DNA of 64,000 bases from Octopus vulgaris (Eukaryota): the NCBI GenBank assembly GCA_951406725.2, contig OX597818.1, positions 78,492,001 to 78,556,000 on the forward strand. The letters run 5' to 3'. The stretch's first letter is position 1; every line of letters begins with the position of its first letter. The position numbers and the translations under genes are program-made. The notes beneath the pieces were generated by a model that made no database searches, was not told where the DNA came from, and worked only from the letters and a program-made list of their open reading frames with translations. This document shows, in pieces, positions 1 to 12,594 of this stretch.

Positions 1-338
1 AAAGGTGGATGAAAGTGGCGAGAATGGTACAAGTGAACGGGCCTGCCCTAAGCAAATACCTGTAGTTGGAAAAAAGGAAAGAAAAAAGGCACCTATCCCA
101 AAAGTCAGGGTACCCATGGTTTTTTCATGGCTTTTTTTCCATGAGCAGCCCTCATACGTCTCCTCCATATTGATGGTAATATATTGTTTTTTTCTAAATG
201 TTGTTAGTTTTGTTTACACATAAATCTATCACAACACACACTTACACACATACACACACACACACACACATTCTTTGTTTTGTCCTGTGCTTTCCATTAT
301 GTGTTACCTAATGTAAACCCTTGTGATTAATAAAGAAA

Positions 339-579
<241 letters not shown>

Positions 580-632
580 GGATTGAGGTAACTCTTCCCG
601 AAGGTATACACAAGCAAAACAAAAAAAAAGAG

Positions 633-801
633 TGCCATTGTTATCAAGTGAACGATATTTCGGCATCTAGTGTGCCTTCCACAGGTTCAAAAAATAAACT
701 TGTCAATATTACCAAAAATGAAGTAGATTGACAAGTTTATTTTTTGAACCTGTGGAAAACTCGCTAGATGCCGAAATATCGTTCACTTGATAACAATGGC
801 A
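633..801. repeat. Foldback of ~75-bp arms; each arm carries a minimal hammerhead-like motif (Penelope pLTR-like)
   Basis: 633-707 is the reverse complement of 727-801 except for one short mismatched block. The minus strand at 649-689 reads TGAAC-CTGTGGAA-GGCA/TGCC-GAAATATC-GTTCA. Confidence 0.8.
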
Positions 802-869
802 ATCTTTTTATTTATTTTTTTTTTTGCTATTATTATCATTATTATTATTTGAAAACTGTTGTATATTCC

Positions 870-2215
870 TTTAGTTAGAGGGTGTTGTCTTGAGCTTTGC
901 TGTCAAGATGTTTTCTCAAAACACAAAAAAAATCTTTCTTAGATACCTTGCAGAATACAGAATGGCATATTTCTGCTCGTCGACAATTCATGCCATAGTT
1001 CCAAAATCCTTCAACATTTTAGGTTGTTAAAAGTACACTAATTACCACGGAACAATTGTCTTCCACAATCTCATCTCTTTGGCAAGGTCTTGATATTTCT
1101 CACTTTTCTTTATTTATTTGGTATCCTGTGTTATCATATGGCATTGCAAAATATACGATCTTACACTGTTAGTATTCTTTTAATTCTCTACAGTCATATC
1201 TGTCGCTATTGCTTCAATATTACGCTCAGTGTTTAAGAAGAAATCTCATCTCATAAAATTCTGTAATTATTATTTACCACCACATACTCCAGCTCGTATT
1301 CATACCACTTTTCTGTCACATTGAATCCATACATTCGGCTTACATCCCGACACAGTCATAGCAGCGTTTACTACATTCAGTTCAGACGTGGTTCATACTT
1401 TCGTCTCTTTTTCCACACATTTTGTGTTTGCTCTCTGGCTGAGTTTTAGCAATCTTTGCCTTTATCAAATTCGTGCCCATACTTTTTTTCCTAATGGCTA
1501 TTATTATTATTTTTATTGTTCATATACGCACACACAGATTAGACTGTTAGAAAAGAAAAATTCCTAACATCGGGCTACAAGTAACCTTTGATGCCAAGAA
1601 CCCTCCAAAGTATCCTTGCTGCCCCTAATAACACTATTTTCTAGAGCTATACTAGACTGGTTTTATGCCTATTTCCTCTATCCGTCTGTTCAAATCTTTA
1701 GGAATTTTTGTTTACGTTATTGTTGCTTTGTTTTATACGAGCGGTAACAGCAAGTCGGACGTTTTACTATGGGTGTTATTCGTAATTTGCAATGATACAG
1801 TATATGTGAAAGAGCTAAAATTTGAGAACTAAGATTTTATTAAGTGTATGATATTTCTGTTTTGATAGAGTTTCATGAATTATCAGGTGTTTTCAAATTT
1901 ACTTTGCTTTTTTTATGATGTGGGTAGTAAAATACTTTGTGGTTGTGACGCTTTGGGAGCTTCCTAGTATTTGGCCATAGTGTTTAGGAGCGCATTTTCG
2001 TACTGTACCCAGAGCACCGCTGTTTACAGGTACAGCTATTGTTCTTAGATACCATATCTTTGGGATCTTCCTTTCAAGGTCTTTGCATTTAATTTTTCAA
2101 ATAATTTTACAGAAGTGTCGCAGTCTGCTGGGATAGCCATCTCTATGAGCAAATGTCTTTCGTCAACGTGATTTTCACCGCAATATCTGGTTTATTGACT
2201 TGCATAGCACGATGT
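870..2215 (-). mobile_element. Decayed 3' fragments of RLE-type (R4/Dong-like) non-LTR retrotransposons
   Basis: Minus-strand translation gives EKYQDLAKEMRLWKT..VVI, a restriction-like endonuclease region; several fragments sit next to (TAA)n tails. Confidence 0.6.
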
Positions 2216-2639
2216 TTTTTTATATAAAGGTCCCATTATTATTTCGCTTGTATCATCATCATCATCATCGTCGTCGTCGTCGTTGTTGTTGTTGTTGTTG
2301 TTGTTGTTGTTGCTGCTGCTGCTGCTGCTGTTGTTGTTGTTGTTGTTGTTGTTGTTGCTGTTGCTGTTGTTGTTATTGTTACTATTATTAAACCGGTGAG
2401 CTGGCAGAAGCGTTAGCATGACGGGCAAAATGTTAACGGCATTTCGCTCATCTTTACTTTCTGAATTCAAATTCCGCTGAGATCGACATCGCCTTTCATT
2501 CTTTCGGGGTCGATAACATAAGTACCGGTTCAGCACTGGGTTCGACGTATTCGACTTACACATATACACACCTCACAAAAAAAAAATTACTAATCTTGTG
2601 ACAAAATTTGAAACCATTATTATTGTTATTGTTGATTTG

Positions 2640-4760
2640 ACTCAGGTTCGTTCGTATTCCTCCTAGAATTTATGTGGGTAGCGGGTTACTACCTGTAACC
2701 TTAGGTATCCACAAGCTTTCAATGGTATCCCTCCTGATAATCTTTCCTTCTCTAAGGGGCAAACTTTCTGCAGAAGCTCTACAGGACATTCTGTTCGTAT
2801 CTCCGTCAACCATGTGTCTACATCTCTACTCACAGTTCCCAATGCACCGATTATTATAAATACAACCTTTACAGTTTTCATACTCCAAATTCCTTGCAAT
2901 TTTAAGTTTCAAGGAATTGTAATTTAAAAATTTTTCATCCTTTTTTTTTTACAATACAGGAATCAAACGGACGTGATGAATCAATTAGTAAGCAACTTCG
3001 CTTTTCCTTGTCTATTACTGCTAGGTCTGTTTTATTTTCTGTTTTCTTATCTGTTTGATTAGCAATTCCCATAAAATTTTGCATTTCTCTGACTCCAGCA
3101 CTCTTTCGACCCGATAATCATACCATGTACCTCCAGCTTCAAATCCTCATTTCTGACAAAAATTCTAGTGTAAAACTTTCACAGATTGGTCATGCCTCCA
3201 TTTCCTATATTCACCTTGGGCCAACTGGAGACATTCTGCAACAGTGTGTACCACTGTGCTATAATAAAACACAGAGCACCGCTGTTTCTTTTTTAATTTC
3301 CCCTTTTTCAACCAAGCCCAGGACTTTGTTCCTCATACATCCTTAGTGGCTTTCCAAAACTGACCACACAAAGGTTTCTCTTTAATTTCTTTAACATGCT
3401 CTCTTTGAATTGCCTTCTTGTCCTTTTCTCTTTGATCACCTAATCCTTGTTCACTGTCTTTAATAATTTCTCGGTGTTGTTCTGTAAATATTTTAGTAGG
3501 CTTTTTCTTTCCATCTGTTTACACTCTTCCATAACAATTAATCTCCTTCCACCCTAGTCTCTCTTCAAGTACAACCTATTCATATCAGCATTCGGATGGT
3601 AAGCTCCATACATTATCAACAGCTTTCTGATTTTTGTTTTTTGTTTGTTTGTTTTTTTTGTAAGCTTCTCTGCGACGCTTTTGGTCCAACCTACAATTCC
3701 AATTCCATATCTGATTACCAGTTCTGATCTTATATTTATTACTTCAATAACATCCCCTTGAAATAGACCACCTCCAATGTTAATTTTCTCTTGTCTTTGT
3801 TTTCCTCCAATTAATTCAGTATTCTTTAACTTTTATGAACTATTTTTCATACTTTCCTTAACCATTTTTCCGTATTTTCTGCCACTGTAAATATGTTCAT
3901 TGCTTTACTTATCCAATTGTGCGGTACCATATCAAATGCTTTTTTGTGATTCAACCATGCTGCATTCAGTACCGTCAATCTGCGTCTCCAGTTTCTTTTT
4001 TTTTTTTTTTTGCCTACAAGGGGCTAAACATAGAGGGGACAAACAAGGACAGATAAAGGGATTAATCGATTACATCGACACCAGTGAGTAACTGGTACTT
4101 ATTTAATCGACCCCGAAAGGATGAAAGGCAAAGTCGACCTCGGCGGAATTTAAACTCAGAACGTAACGGCAGACGAAATATCTATTTCTTTACTACCCAC
4201 AAGGGGCTGCACACAGAGGGGACAAACAAGGACAGACAAACGGATTAAGTCAATTATATCGGTCCCAATGCGTAACTGGTACTTATTTAATCGACCCCGA
4301 AAGGATGAAAGGCAAAGTCGACCTCGGCGGAATTTAAACTCAGAACGTAGCGGCAGACGAAATATCTATTTCTTTACTACCCACAAGAGGCTATGCACAG
4401 AGAGGACAAACAAGGACAGACAAACGGATTAAGTCGATTATATCGACCCAGTGCGTAACTGGTACTTATTTAGTCGATCCCGAAAGGATGAAAGGCAAAG
4501 TCGACCTCGGCGAAATTTGAACTCAGAACGTAGCGGCAGACGAAATAAGCATTTTGTCCAGCGCGCTAACGTTTCTGCCAGCTTGCCGCCTTTTCAGTTT
4601 CTGATTATCATTTTTATCAATTAATTAGTGCTATTTTGTTTCCCTTCTTTGTTTCTTACATCCTTTCTGTTTTTCTGGAAGTAGATTGTTACTTTCCAGA
4701 TGATTATATAACTTTTCCGTCAACGCAGCAGCCATAGGTTTCACATTATTGAAAAACAGA
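2640..4760 (-). mobile_element. Decayed RLE-type LINE interrupted by a SINE array
   Basis: ORF 2663-2899 GIWSMKTVKVVFIIIGALGTV..ELLQK is the RLE C-terminus; upstream RT-distal remnants have many stops. Confidence 0.7.
4013..4591 (-). mobile_element. SINE group A, head plus three tandem ~183-bp units
   Basis: Near-identical units at about 4013-4181, 4182-4365 and 4366-4546; head AAGGCGGCAAGCTGGCAGAA at the right end; possible TSD CAGTTTCT (3989-96, 4595-602). Confidence 0.85.
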
Positions 4761-4929
4761 TTTTATTATTATCACTGTTATTAACTTCTTTCAATTTTGT
4801 TTCCGCTTCTTACCGAGTGTATTCCGAAGACCATGGGCATAGAAACTCACTGGTAGGCCATCAAAATAAGCACACCAGATTGTTCATATACAAAGTCATG
4901 GGATAGGAAAAAAGGAAGAAAGACAGAGG

Positions 4930-6545
4930 AAAGAAAAAATGAATAAGGAAAACAAAGAAACTAAATGAGGAAAGCGACAATGCCCTTCTCAATACGTGTG
5001 ACGTACCAGGCTAAATCAAGAAACAAGTAGAGTCAATAATATATTGAAACACAAACAAATAAACTCATCAGGGCTGCAAGTAAGATTGTTGCAGAAAGGA
5101 CGGGACTGAAGATCAATGAGAACAGAATATTGACGTAAAGAAAAAGAAATAAACAACCTTGGTGGGAAAGGAGAATATCAGAAGATATAAGCTCCATGGA
5201 TAGTGTAGTGTTGATGCTTAACAGGAAAAGAAAAGGAGAATTGAAGAATGATAGAAATTTGAAAAATTGAAGAAGTATGGTCTTGATACAAAAGGATTGA
5301 ATATTGTGATTGAAGAACAGAAGCAGCGCCTATTTGCAAAGAAAACAAAACTAACTAGGTTTGAGTAACAGATTAAACAATACCGGTAAAACTGATTATT
5401 TAGAATCGAGTAAAACAGATTTTATCAAGAAATTAACGAGGATTTAGCATGCAAAGATTAGTTCCTGATGCAGACGGTTTTGGGGTGAGATATGGAGTAC
5501 AAACAATACAATACCGGAGCTGAATGACACTGCAGTCTGAAACAGACACTTTCTTACCCTCAGCAAGAGGTTATCCTTATTATAAGCAAAACGATGAGCA
5601 ATTGGAAAGTAGCAGGACCTGATGGTGTACAGGGATTTTGAATAAAATCATTTTGGTATGGAGCCGAAATCATAAACAGGCAAAAGCAAGAATTGGTGAG
5701 TATGAATAGGAAAACACGGAAATTTTTTATAGTGTTCGGAGCATTCCATCTCAAGAGTGACACTGATAGGTTGTACTTGACCAGAGGAAAGGGCAGCAGA
5801 GGTTTGACCAGTTGTCAAAATTGTGTTGAAGTAGAGGAAAACAGGGTGGTATGTAAAAAAAAATGCTGTGGAACTGTTGATGATACATGTGAAGAAGTCC
5901 GGCATCATCAAGATTGATAATTGTGTAAAGAAAGTGAATTTAAAAGAGGAATTTTAAAGAGGAAAATTTTAAAGAGGAAAATTTAAAGAGAAAAATGTAG
6001 TGTCAGTTTGCAGGAGATACGATCTCCAAGACAGATACAGCTGGCCGGTGGTTATATATACGGAGGAATAAGGCGGCGAGCTGGCAGAAACGTTAGCACG
6101 CCGGGCGAAATGCTTAACCGTATTTCGTTTGTCGTTACGTTCCGAGTTCAAATTCCGCCGAGGTTGACTTTGCCTTTCATCCTCTCGGGGTTGATAAATT
6201 AAGTGCCAGTTACGCACTGGGGTTGATATAATCGACTTAATCCCTTTGTCTGTCCTTGTTTGTTCCCTCTGTGTTTAGCCCCTTGTGGGTAGTAAAGAAA
6301 TATATATATACGGAGGAGTGACCTGAAGATATTGATGGAAACAGAAGCAATTATATCCGCGCTACAAGAACAAGCATTGAGGCCAAACTATGTGGAGTAC
6401 GGAATTGATAACACAACTGAGAGCGACAAATGCTCTGCGGAAATTATGGCCTAGAAAGTTCAAAGGTGTGGTGTGCCGTAATCCCAGAGGCAGTTACTGA
6501 GAATGAAGATTGCAAAATCCTGTGGAATGCAATTATTCAGCGTGA
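4930..6545 (+). mobile_element. Decayed RLE-type LINE (R4/Dong-like)
   Basis: NWKVAGPDGVQGF and RKTRKFFIVFGAFHLKSDTDRLYLTRGKGSRGL motifs typical of this RT-distal region; frameshifted. Confidence 0.7.
6068..6302 (+). mobile_element. SINE group A, full copy with 15-bp TSD
   Basis: tRNA-like head (TGGCAGAA A-box-like, GAGTTCAAATTCC B-box-like); TSD TATATATACGGAGGA at 6053-67 and 6303-17. Confidence 0.88.
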
Positions 6546-6581
6546 CTAGTAGGATATTATTATCGTTATTATCATTAATAT

Positions 6582-6786
6582 TAAGGCGGCGAGCTGGGAG
6601 AATTGTTAGCACATCGGGCAATAAGCTTATCGGCTTTTCGTCCGTCTTTACGTTCTGGATTCAAATTCCACCGAGGTCAACTTTGCCTGTCCTTCTTTCG
6701 GAGTCGAAGAAATAAGTACCAGTCAAGTGCTGGAGTCGACTAATCCCCTATCCCAAATTTCAGGCTTTGAGCCATTATTATTATTA

Positions 6787-6845
<59 letters not shown>

Positions 6846-7421
6846 GCTCTTGTTGTTGTTGCTGTTGTTATTAAGTGGGAGAACAATGCATACCATCAAA
6901 GTGACGCTGGGGTACAAATATACGAAGCCCAATATACCCATCATGACTACCCGTCTGATAAGAGTACACCAGGCATATGCATCACAACCATGTGTGCACA
7001 ACATGATGACCTCATATCAAGATACACAGTGCATAACCTTGCAAGTGGGGTCCAGTTAGAATTTTCTCCAGGCCGAGTAGCCCACCCCACTCAAAAGATC
7101 TCTGAATAAGGTTTGTTTAACGATGTTGAACAAAACACCCATGTTTCCAGCAGTGACTTATTCAAACCCCAAAACGCATATTGTCGGGCACTAAGGGACA
7201 TGCTCAACTGGTGAAGGCCTTGCAACTGACGAGCACATCTATGGCTTCTAGCAGAATATTTGTTGCAGCACATCGTATTACCAAGAAAAAACATGTACAT
7301 GATAACATTTCTAACCAGTTAAGATCAGAAGCCATGGGAGCCACTGCCTGATACTGCATCAGGGCATTCATTATTGTAGTTGTTGTTATTGTTGTTGTTG
7401 TTGTTGTTGTTCTTCTTCTTC

Positions 7422-7488
<67 letters not shown>

Positions 7489-7655
7489 CCTCATCATCAT
7501 CATAAGGCGGTAAATTGGCAAAATCTTTAGCCCGCCAGATAAAATGCTTAGAGGCATTCCGTTCAGCTTTACGCCGAGGTCGAATTTGTCTTTCATCCAT
7601 TCGGGGTCGATAAATCAAATACCAGTAAAACACTGGGGTCAATGTAGTCGACTAG
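6582..7655. repeat. Cluster of SINE A copies, (ATT)n/(GTT)n tracts and unclassified repeat fragments
   Basis: Group A heads at 6582 and 7504; trinucleotide arrays at 6775-6870 and 7370-7503. Another group A copy lies at 2392-2570. Confidence 0.65.
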
Positions 7656-7929
7656 TAGAAAGGACTGTTATTATTATTAATCTTCTTTCCGATTAGAAAC
7701 TAAAGCTTCGGCGATTCGTCGCCACTCAGATTGGTCTTTAGATCATCAGCAACTTTCTGTATGTTGGCCCATATAAGGAGCATTTTTGTCAAGCGTCTTT
7801 CCACATATATTTTATCCAATAATTATATATTATTGTCAAATGTTATAAAGGATTGCACCGTTAAATACATTTTATATACTTGTTGTACAGAATATGGCAG
7901 CCATACAAATAAATTAACGAGGTACTGTA

Positions 7930-8100
7930 CCAGAGGGAGCCGAAAGGTTCCTGGCTTAAGGGTGTCACGAAAAGTTTGGTTGAAGTTCAGCCTTTCGAGT
8001 TCTTTTATAAGCCTTAGAAAACATGAAGGACGCTGCATTAAGTGAGTGAATCTGAGGGGGAAATATGTTGAATAAAATCATAATTAACTGATCCTCCTGA
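7930..8100 (+). mobile_element. Mariner-derived non-autonomous fragment
   Basis: GRCIK*VNLRGKYVE* resembles the mariner transposase C-terminus (KC...G.YVE); TIR-like start GAGGGAGCCGAAAGGTTCCTGGCTT. Confidence 0.45.
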
Positions 8101-8788
8101 TTGTGAACGAACAGATATATCAATAATGTTGTGCTATCATTATAATTTGTTTTTAGAGAAAGACTCTATAAATATCGGGCAACATACCACGATTTATTTG
8201 GTTTACACCTCAAATCCCGCCGAAGTCGAATTTGTTATTCTTATTTCTATTTTTAGAAATTGTAAAAATAAGTACAGAGCGTCTGACTCGTTATTAGAAG
8301 GTTTGACCAAACTAGTAGAAACCCTGACTCATTACAAGGGGGTTTGACTATGATTAGATGGTTTGACCCAGCCTACAGGGTCATAAATTTATTTGCATAC
8401 GTCGATGTGCGATACAGTATTAAGTAACAATAACGATATATACCGATCAAAACGAAATTTTCATACCGTGAATTTTAATGTTAAAACCGAACCGGATTTA
8501 ACCTAGAGGTTTCGTGCTAGATCACATGACCAATGAATTCCACGAAATATGCTAAAAATAAAATAAAGGCTGAGGCATTTAAAACCTGATGATTCCGGTA
8601 AGCTATTTAAGATTTGGGTTTTGATGAAGGCGGACAAACACCTACTACTGGCCCACAATGTTTGATATAATATCAAGGTCGACTCAAGGCGTAAACTACT
8701 GTGAGTATTATATCTTGTTCTATAATTGTTATTATACTTATTATTATTAACATTATCATTATTATTATCACCATCATCATTATTTTTA

Positions 8789-8859
<71 letters not shown>

Positions 8860-8999
8860 TAGTCTTATTTTCATCACGTGCTCTCACTGAACTACCAAGC
8901 GCATCTCTATGTGCCTCGGGTATGTGCTGTGGTTTGTTTACACTGTATTGAAAGTGTTTTACGTAGGATGTGCACGGTGCCTAATAATGCTACTTTCTA

Positions 9000-9030
<31 letters not shown>

Positions 9031-9044
9031 GTTGTTGTTGTTAT

Positions 9045-9435
9045 TAAGGCGGCGAGCTGGCAGAATCGTTAGCACGCCGGGCGAAATGCGTAGCCGTATT
9101 TCGTCTGCCGCTACGTACTGAGTTCAAATACCGCCGAGGTCGACTTTGCCTTTCATCCTTTTGGGGTCGATAAATTAAGTACCAGTTACGCACTGGAGTC
9201 GATATAATCGACTTAATCCGTTTGTCTGTCCTTGTTTGTCCTCTCTGTGTTTAGCCCCTTGTGAGTAGTAAAGAAATAGGTATTTCGTCTGTCATTACGT
9301 TCTGAGATCAAATTCCGCCGAGGTTGATTTGCCCTCCATCCTTTCGAGGTCGATAAAATAAGAACCAGTTGATCACTGGGTCGATATGATTGATTTATCC
9401 CCTTCCCCAAACTTATGCAAAAAAGTGAAACCTTT
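9045..9435 (+). mobile_element. SINE group A, dimeric copy
   Basis: Full unit at 9045-9280, then a restart at TATTTCGTCTG (9281); follows an (ATT)n tract. Confidence 0.85.
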
Positions 9436-10045
9436 GTTATTATTATTATTATGGTTTTGCTTTTTATCAACTAATATATGTGAATACATACATACATACA
9501 TACATACATACATACACATGTACGGACATACATACATACGGACATGCATACATAGATATATATACATACATGCATACATGCATACATACATATATACATA
9601 CATACACATCCATCCATCCATACATAGATATATACATACATGTATGCATACATACATACATACATACATACATACATACATACATACATACATACATACA
9701 TACATACATACATACATACATACATACCCGGTAAATTTCTGATCTCGCTGTCAAATTATAACTAAAAAAATAGCCGCTACATTTCATCCTGTACTTAATC
9801 AAATTTCGTTATTTCAATTCCATATAATATTTAGTTTTTTTTCATCTACGAATATGTATGATAACAGTACCGTCTTTTCCATTCTTATTCATCGTCGCGA
9901 TGTTTAAATCCACGGAAAGAAAATACAAACGTATGTTTACACTTGTCCACGTGTCGACATAACGCTGCTCACGACGTCAGTAAACATGACATCAACAGCA
10001 TGTTCATACATATATATGCACTCAAACATGTATGCATACAAACAA

Positions 10046-10099
<54 letters not shown>

Positions 10100-10226
10100 C
10101 GTTAATTGTCTGTTAGTTCCCAAGTAAACTATAGACTCAACAACATACTATAAACAGTTACAAGTACATGTAGTTTACTACTAGTATACAAACACATGCA
10201 CACGTACAACTACACACATATATAAG

Positions 10227-10272
<46 letters not shown>

Positions 10273-10313
10273 AACACACGCATACAAACATGCACGTACA
10301 TATTCATATGTGT

Positions 10314-10344
<31 letters not shown>

Positions 10345-10363
10345 TGTGTGAGTATGATATATG

Positions 10364-10436
<73 letters not shown>

Positions 10437-10497
10437 ATATATATATATATGTATGTGCATATATGTATATGCATATGTGTATATATATGTGTGTGTA

Positions 10498-10544
<47 letters not shown>

Positions 10545-10790
10545 CTGACAGGATGCTAGGTGAGCGAGCACTATTAACACACAATCCAGAACAACCTGAC
10601 ATACAGTCGGAGCGCCGGCGACTGACCAGCAACCCGACTCACAAACATACACACTGCGCCTGCTTTGTACAAAGGTCGATCTTTTTGACCGTCTGCCGGA
10701 CAAATAACGATGTCAGAGAAAGGGCGTATGAACGCCGGCAATATCAGCAGTCAGCCACATGGACATATGTATATGACTATATACATACAC

Positions 10791-11092
10791 GTGGAGGCGC
10801 AATGGCTCAGTGGTTAGGGAAGCAGACTCGCAGTCGTAGGATCGCAGTTTTGATTCCCAGACCGGGCGTTGTGAGTGTTTATTGAGCGAAAACACCCAAA
10901 GCTCCACGAGGCTACGGCAGGGTGGGGTGATCCCTGCTGTACTCTTTATCCGCAACTTTCTCTCACTCTTTCATCTGTTGGCCTGCTCGCTTAGCCAGCG
11001 GGGTGGTGTCATTTGAAGGCTAAATACCAATGCGAAGCGCATTGTGACCAGCGGTGTGTAACAACACCTGATGGCTTGGTCGGTCACGTGAT
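10791..11092 (+). mobile_element. tRNA-derived SINE group C (subtype 1)
   Basis: GGAGGCGCAATGGCTCAGTGGTTAG A-box and GTTTTGATTCCC B-box-like; flanked by a TATATACATACA duplication. Confidence 0.8.
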
Positions 11093-11127
11093 CACGTTAT
11101 ATACATACATGCATACATACATACATT

Positions 11128-11249
11128 GACATGGTTGTACTGTAAGATAGTTTTGCAACCACGTGGTTTCAAGTTCAGTCTCACTGAGCGGCAACTCGTG
11201 CAAGTGTCTTTTACGTTAGTCCTGGGCCCAGCAATGCATAGTGAGTATA

Positions 11250-11322
<73 letters not shown>

Positions 11323-11535
11323 TTTTATGTGTATGTGTTTGTCTCTCCTCCAGCATTGCTTGACAACCGATGGTGGTGTGTTTACGTCCCCGTAACTTAG
11401 CGGTTCGGCAAAAGAGACCAATAGAATAAGTACTAGGCTAACAAAGAATAAGTCGATTTCCTCGACTAAAGGCAGTGTTCCAGCATGGCCGCAGTCAAAT
11501 GACTGGAACAAATAAAAGAGTAAAAGTGTAAAAGA

Positions 11536-11570
<35 letters not shown>

Positions 11571-11790
11571 TGTATGTATGTATATCTTTGTGTCTGTGTT
11601 TGTCTCCCACCCACATCGCTTGACAACCGGTGTTGTTGCGTTTACGTCCCCGTAACTTAGCGGTTTGGCGGAAATGGTCGATAGAATAAGTACTAAGCTT
11701 AGAAAGAATAAGTCTTGGGGCCGATTCGTTAGACTAAGGGTGATGCTCCAGCATGGCCGCAGTCAAATGACTGAAACCACTAAAAGAATA
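11128..11790 (+). mobile_element. SINE group B (CORE-like segment, internal microsatellite) plus a duplicated 3' half
   Basis: Head, (TA)n, then a 3' module GACAACCGATG..CCAGCATGGCCGCAGTCAAATGACTG occurring twice. Confidence 0.75.
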
Positions 11791-12100
11791 AAATAATGAA
11801 TGTGTGTGTGTGTGTGTGTACTTGTGTACACGTACATTTAAATATGTATGTGAATACGCATGTAAGTATGTGTGATCGTATTACCAACGGTGTTTGAAGT
11901 GTCTGACCTGATTAATTTTATTCTACATTTATACCTATATACATGTAGCGAGGTAGGTGTTTAATTGCCTTTTGAGTGCACACAACATAACAACTTCGCA
12001 CATGTATCGCGTTTGTCACCATAAATCTTGATATGTCGGCACTGTTGTCGTCCATCATACATGATGTTTGTCACTCCGCTCGTCACCTCTCACATTCTTA

Positions 12101-12140
<40 letters not shown>

Positions 12141-12312
12141 CCTCTTCTGTCTGCTTTCTGTCTCTGTCTGTCTCTCTCTTCCTTTCTTGTATATATCAAG
12201 ACTCAACAGTAGACCTTTCGTCATGACGAGGCCTGGCCAACTTAACGCCCGCGGTCCGCAGACTTTTATCTTACGGCACGCTTGATACTTTCTTGAAATG
12301 GGTTTATTTAAA

Positions 12313-12594
12313 CATAGATTTCACTGTAAATATATATGTTTGTGAATGCTGGACAGGCACCTCAATCAGCAGATCTCACTATCCTGGGCTGATGACGGGT
12401 TAAGACCCAGAAACATGCATGTCCTCAGGTGTGAATCTTGACTGGTATGGGTGCTTGCCTCCCCTTCACAAATATAAGGACACAGAAAATGTGTCAAAGC
12501 CGACAGGAAGCGTTCGATGCTTCCTAGGGCTAAACAGCGGTGATGTAATTCCCATACGGGACTGTCACGTTAAGTTGACAGTATACAACCACTC
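12313..12594 (+). mobile_element. 282-bp retrozyme-like insert
   Basis: Bounded by an exact 12-bp direct repeat GGTTTATTTAAA (12301-12 and 12595-606); contains the hammerhead and further hairpins; no meaningful ORF. Confidence 0.6.
12333..12476 (+). ncRNA. Type I hammerhead ribozyme with extended rod-like stem I
   Basis: Stem I CCTGGG(12383-88)/CTCAGG(12424-29); core CTGATGA 12389-95; stem II GGGT-taag-ACCC; GAAA 12410-13; palindromic stem III ACATGCATGT; GTC cleavage triplet ending at 12423. Position 10.1-11.1 is a C-A mismatch. Confidence 0.8.

Noticed and set aside
5-223. 72-aa ORF at the window start
   Set aside because: No recognisable domain, no verifiable splice partner, and truncated context.
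4795-4870. HDV-like ribozyme at the LINE 5' end
   Set aside because: Some pairing, but the nested double pseudoknot could not be built by eye.
10791-10865. Possible tRNA gene (also 17700-17775, 21045-21119 and 49633)
   Set aside because: The tRNA-like head continues into a SINE body with TSDs; no clean cloverleaf.
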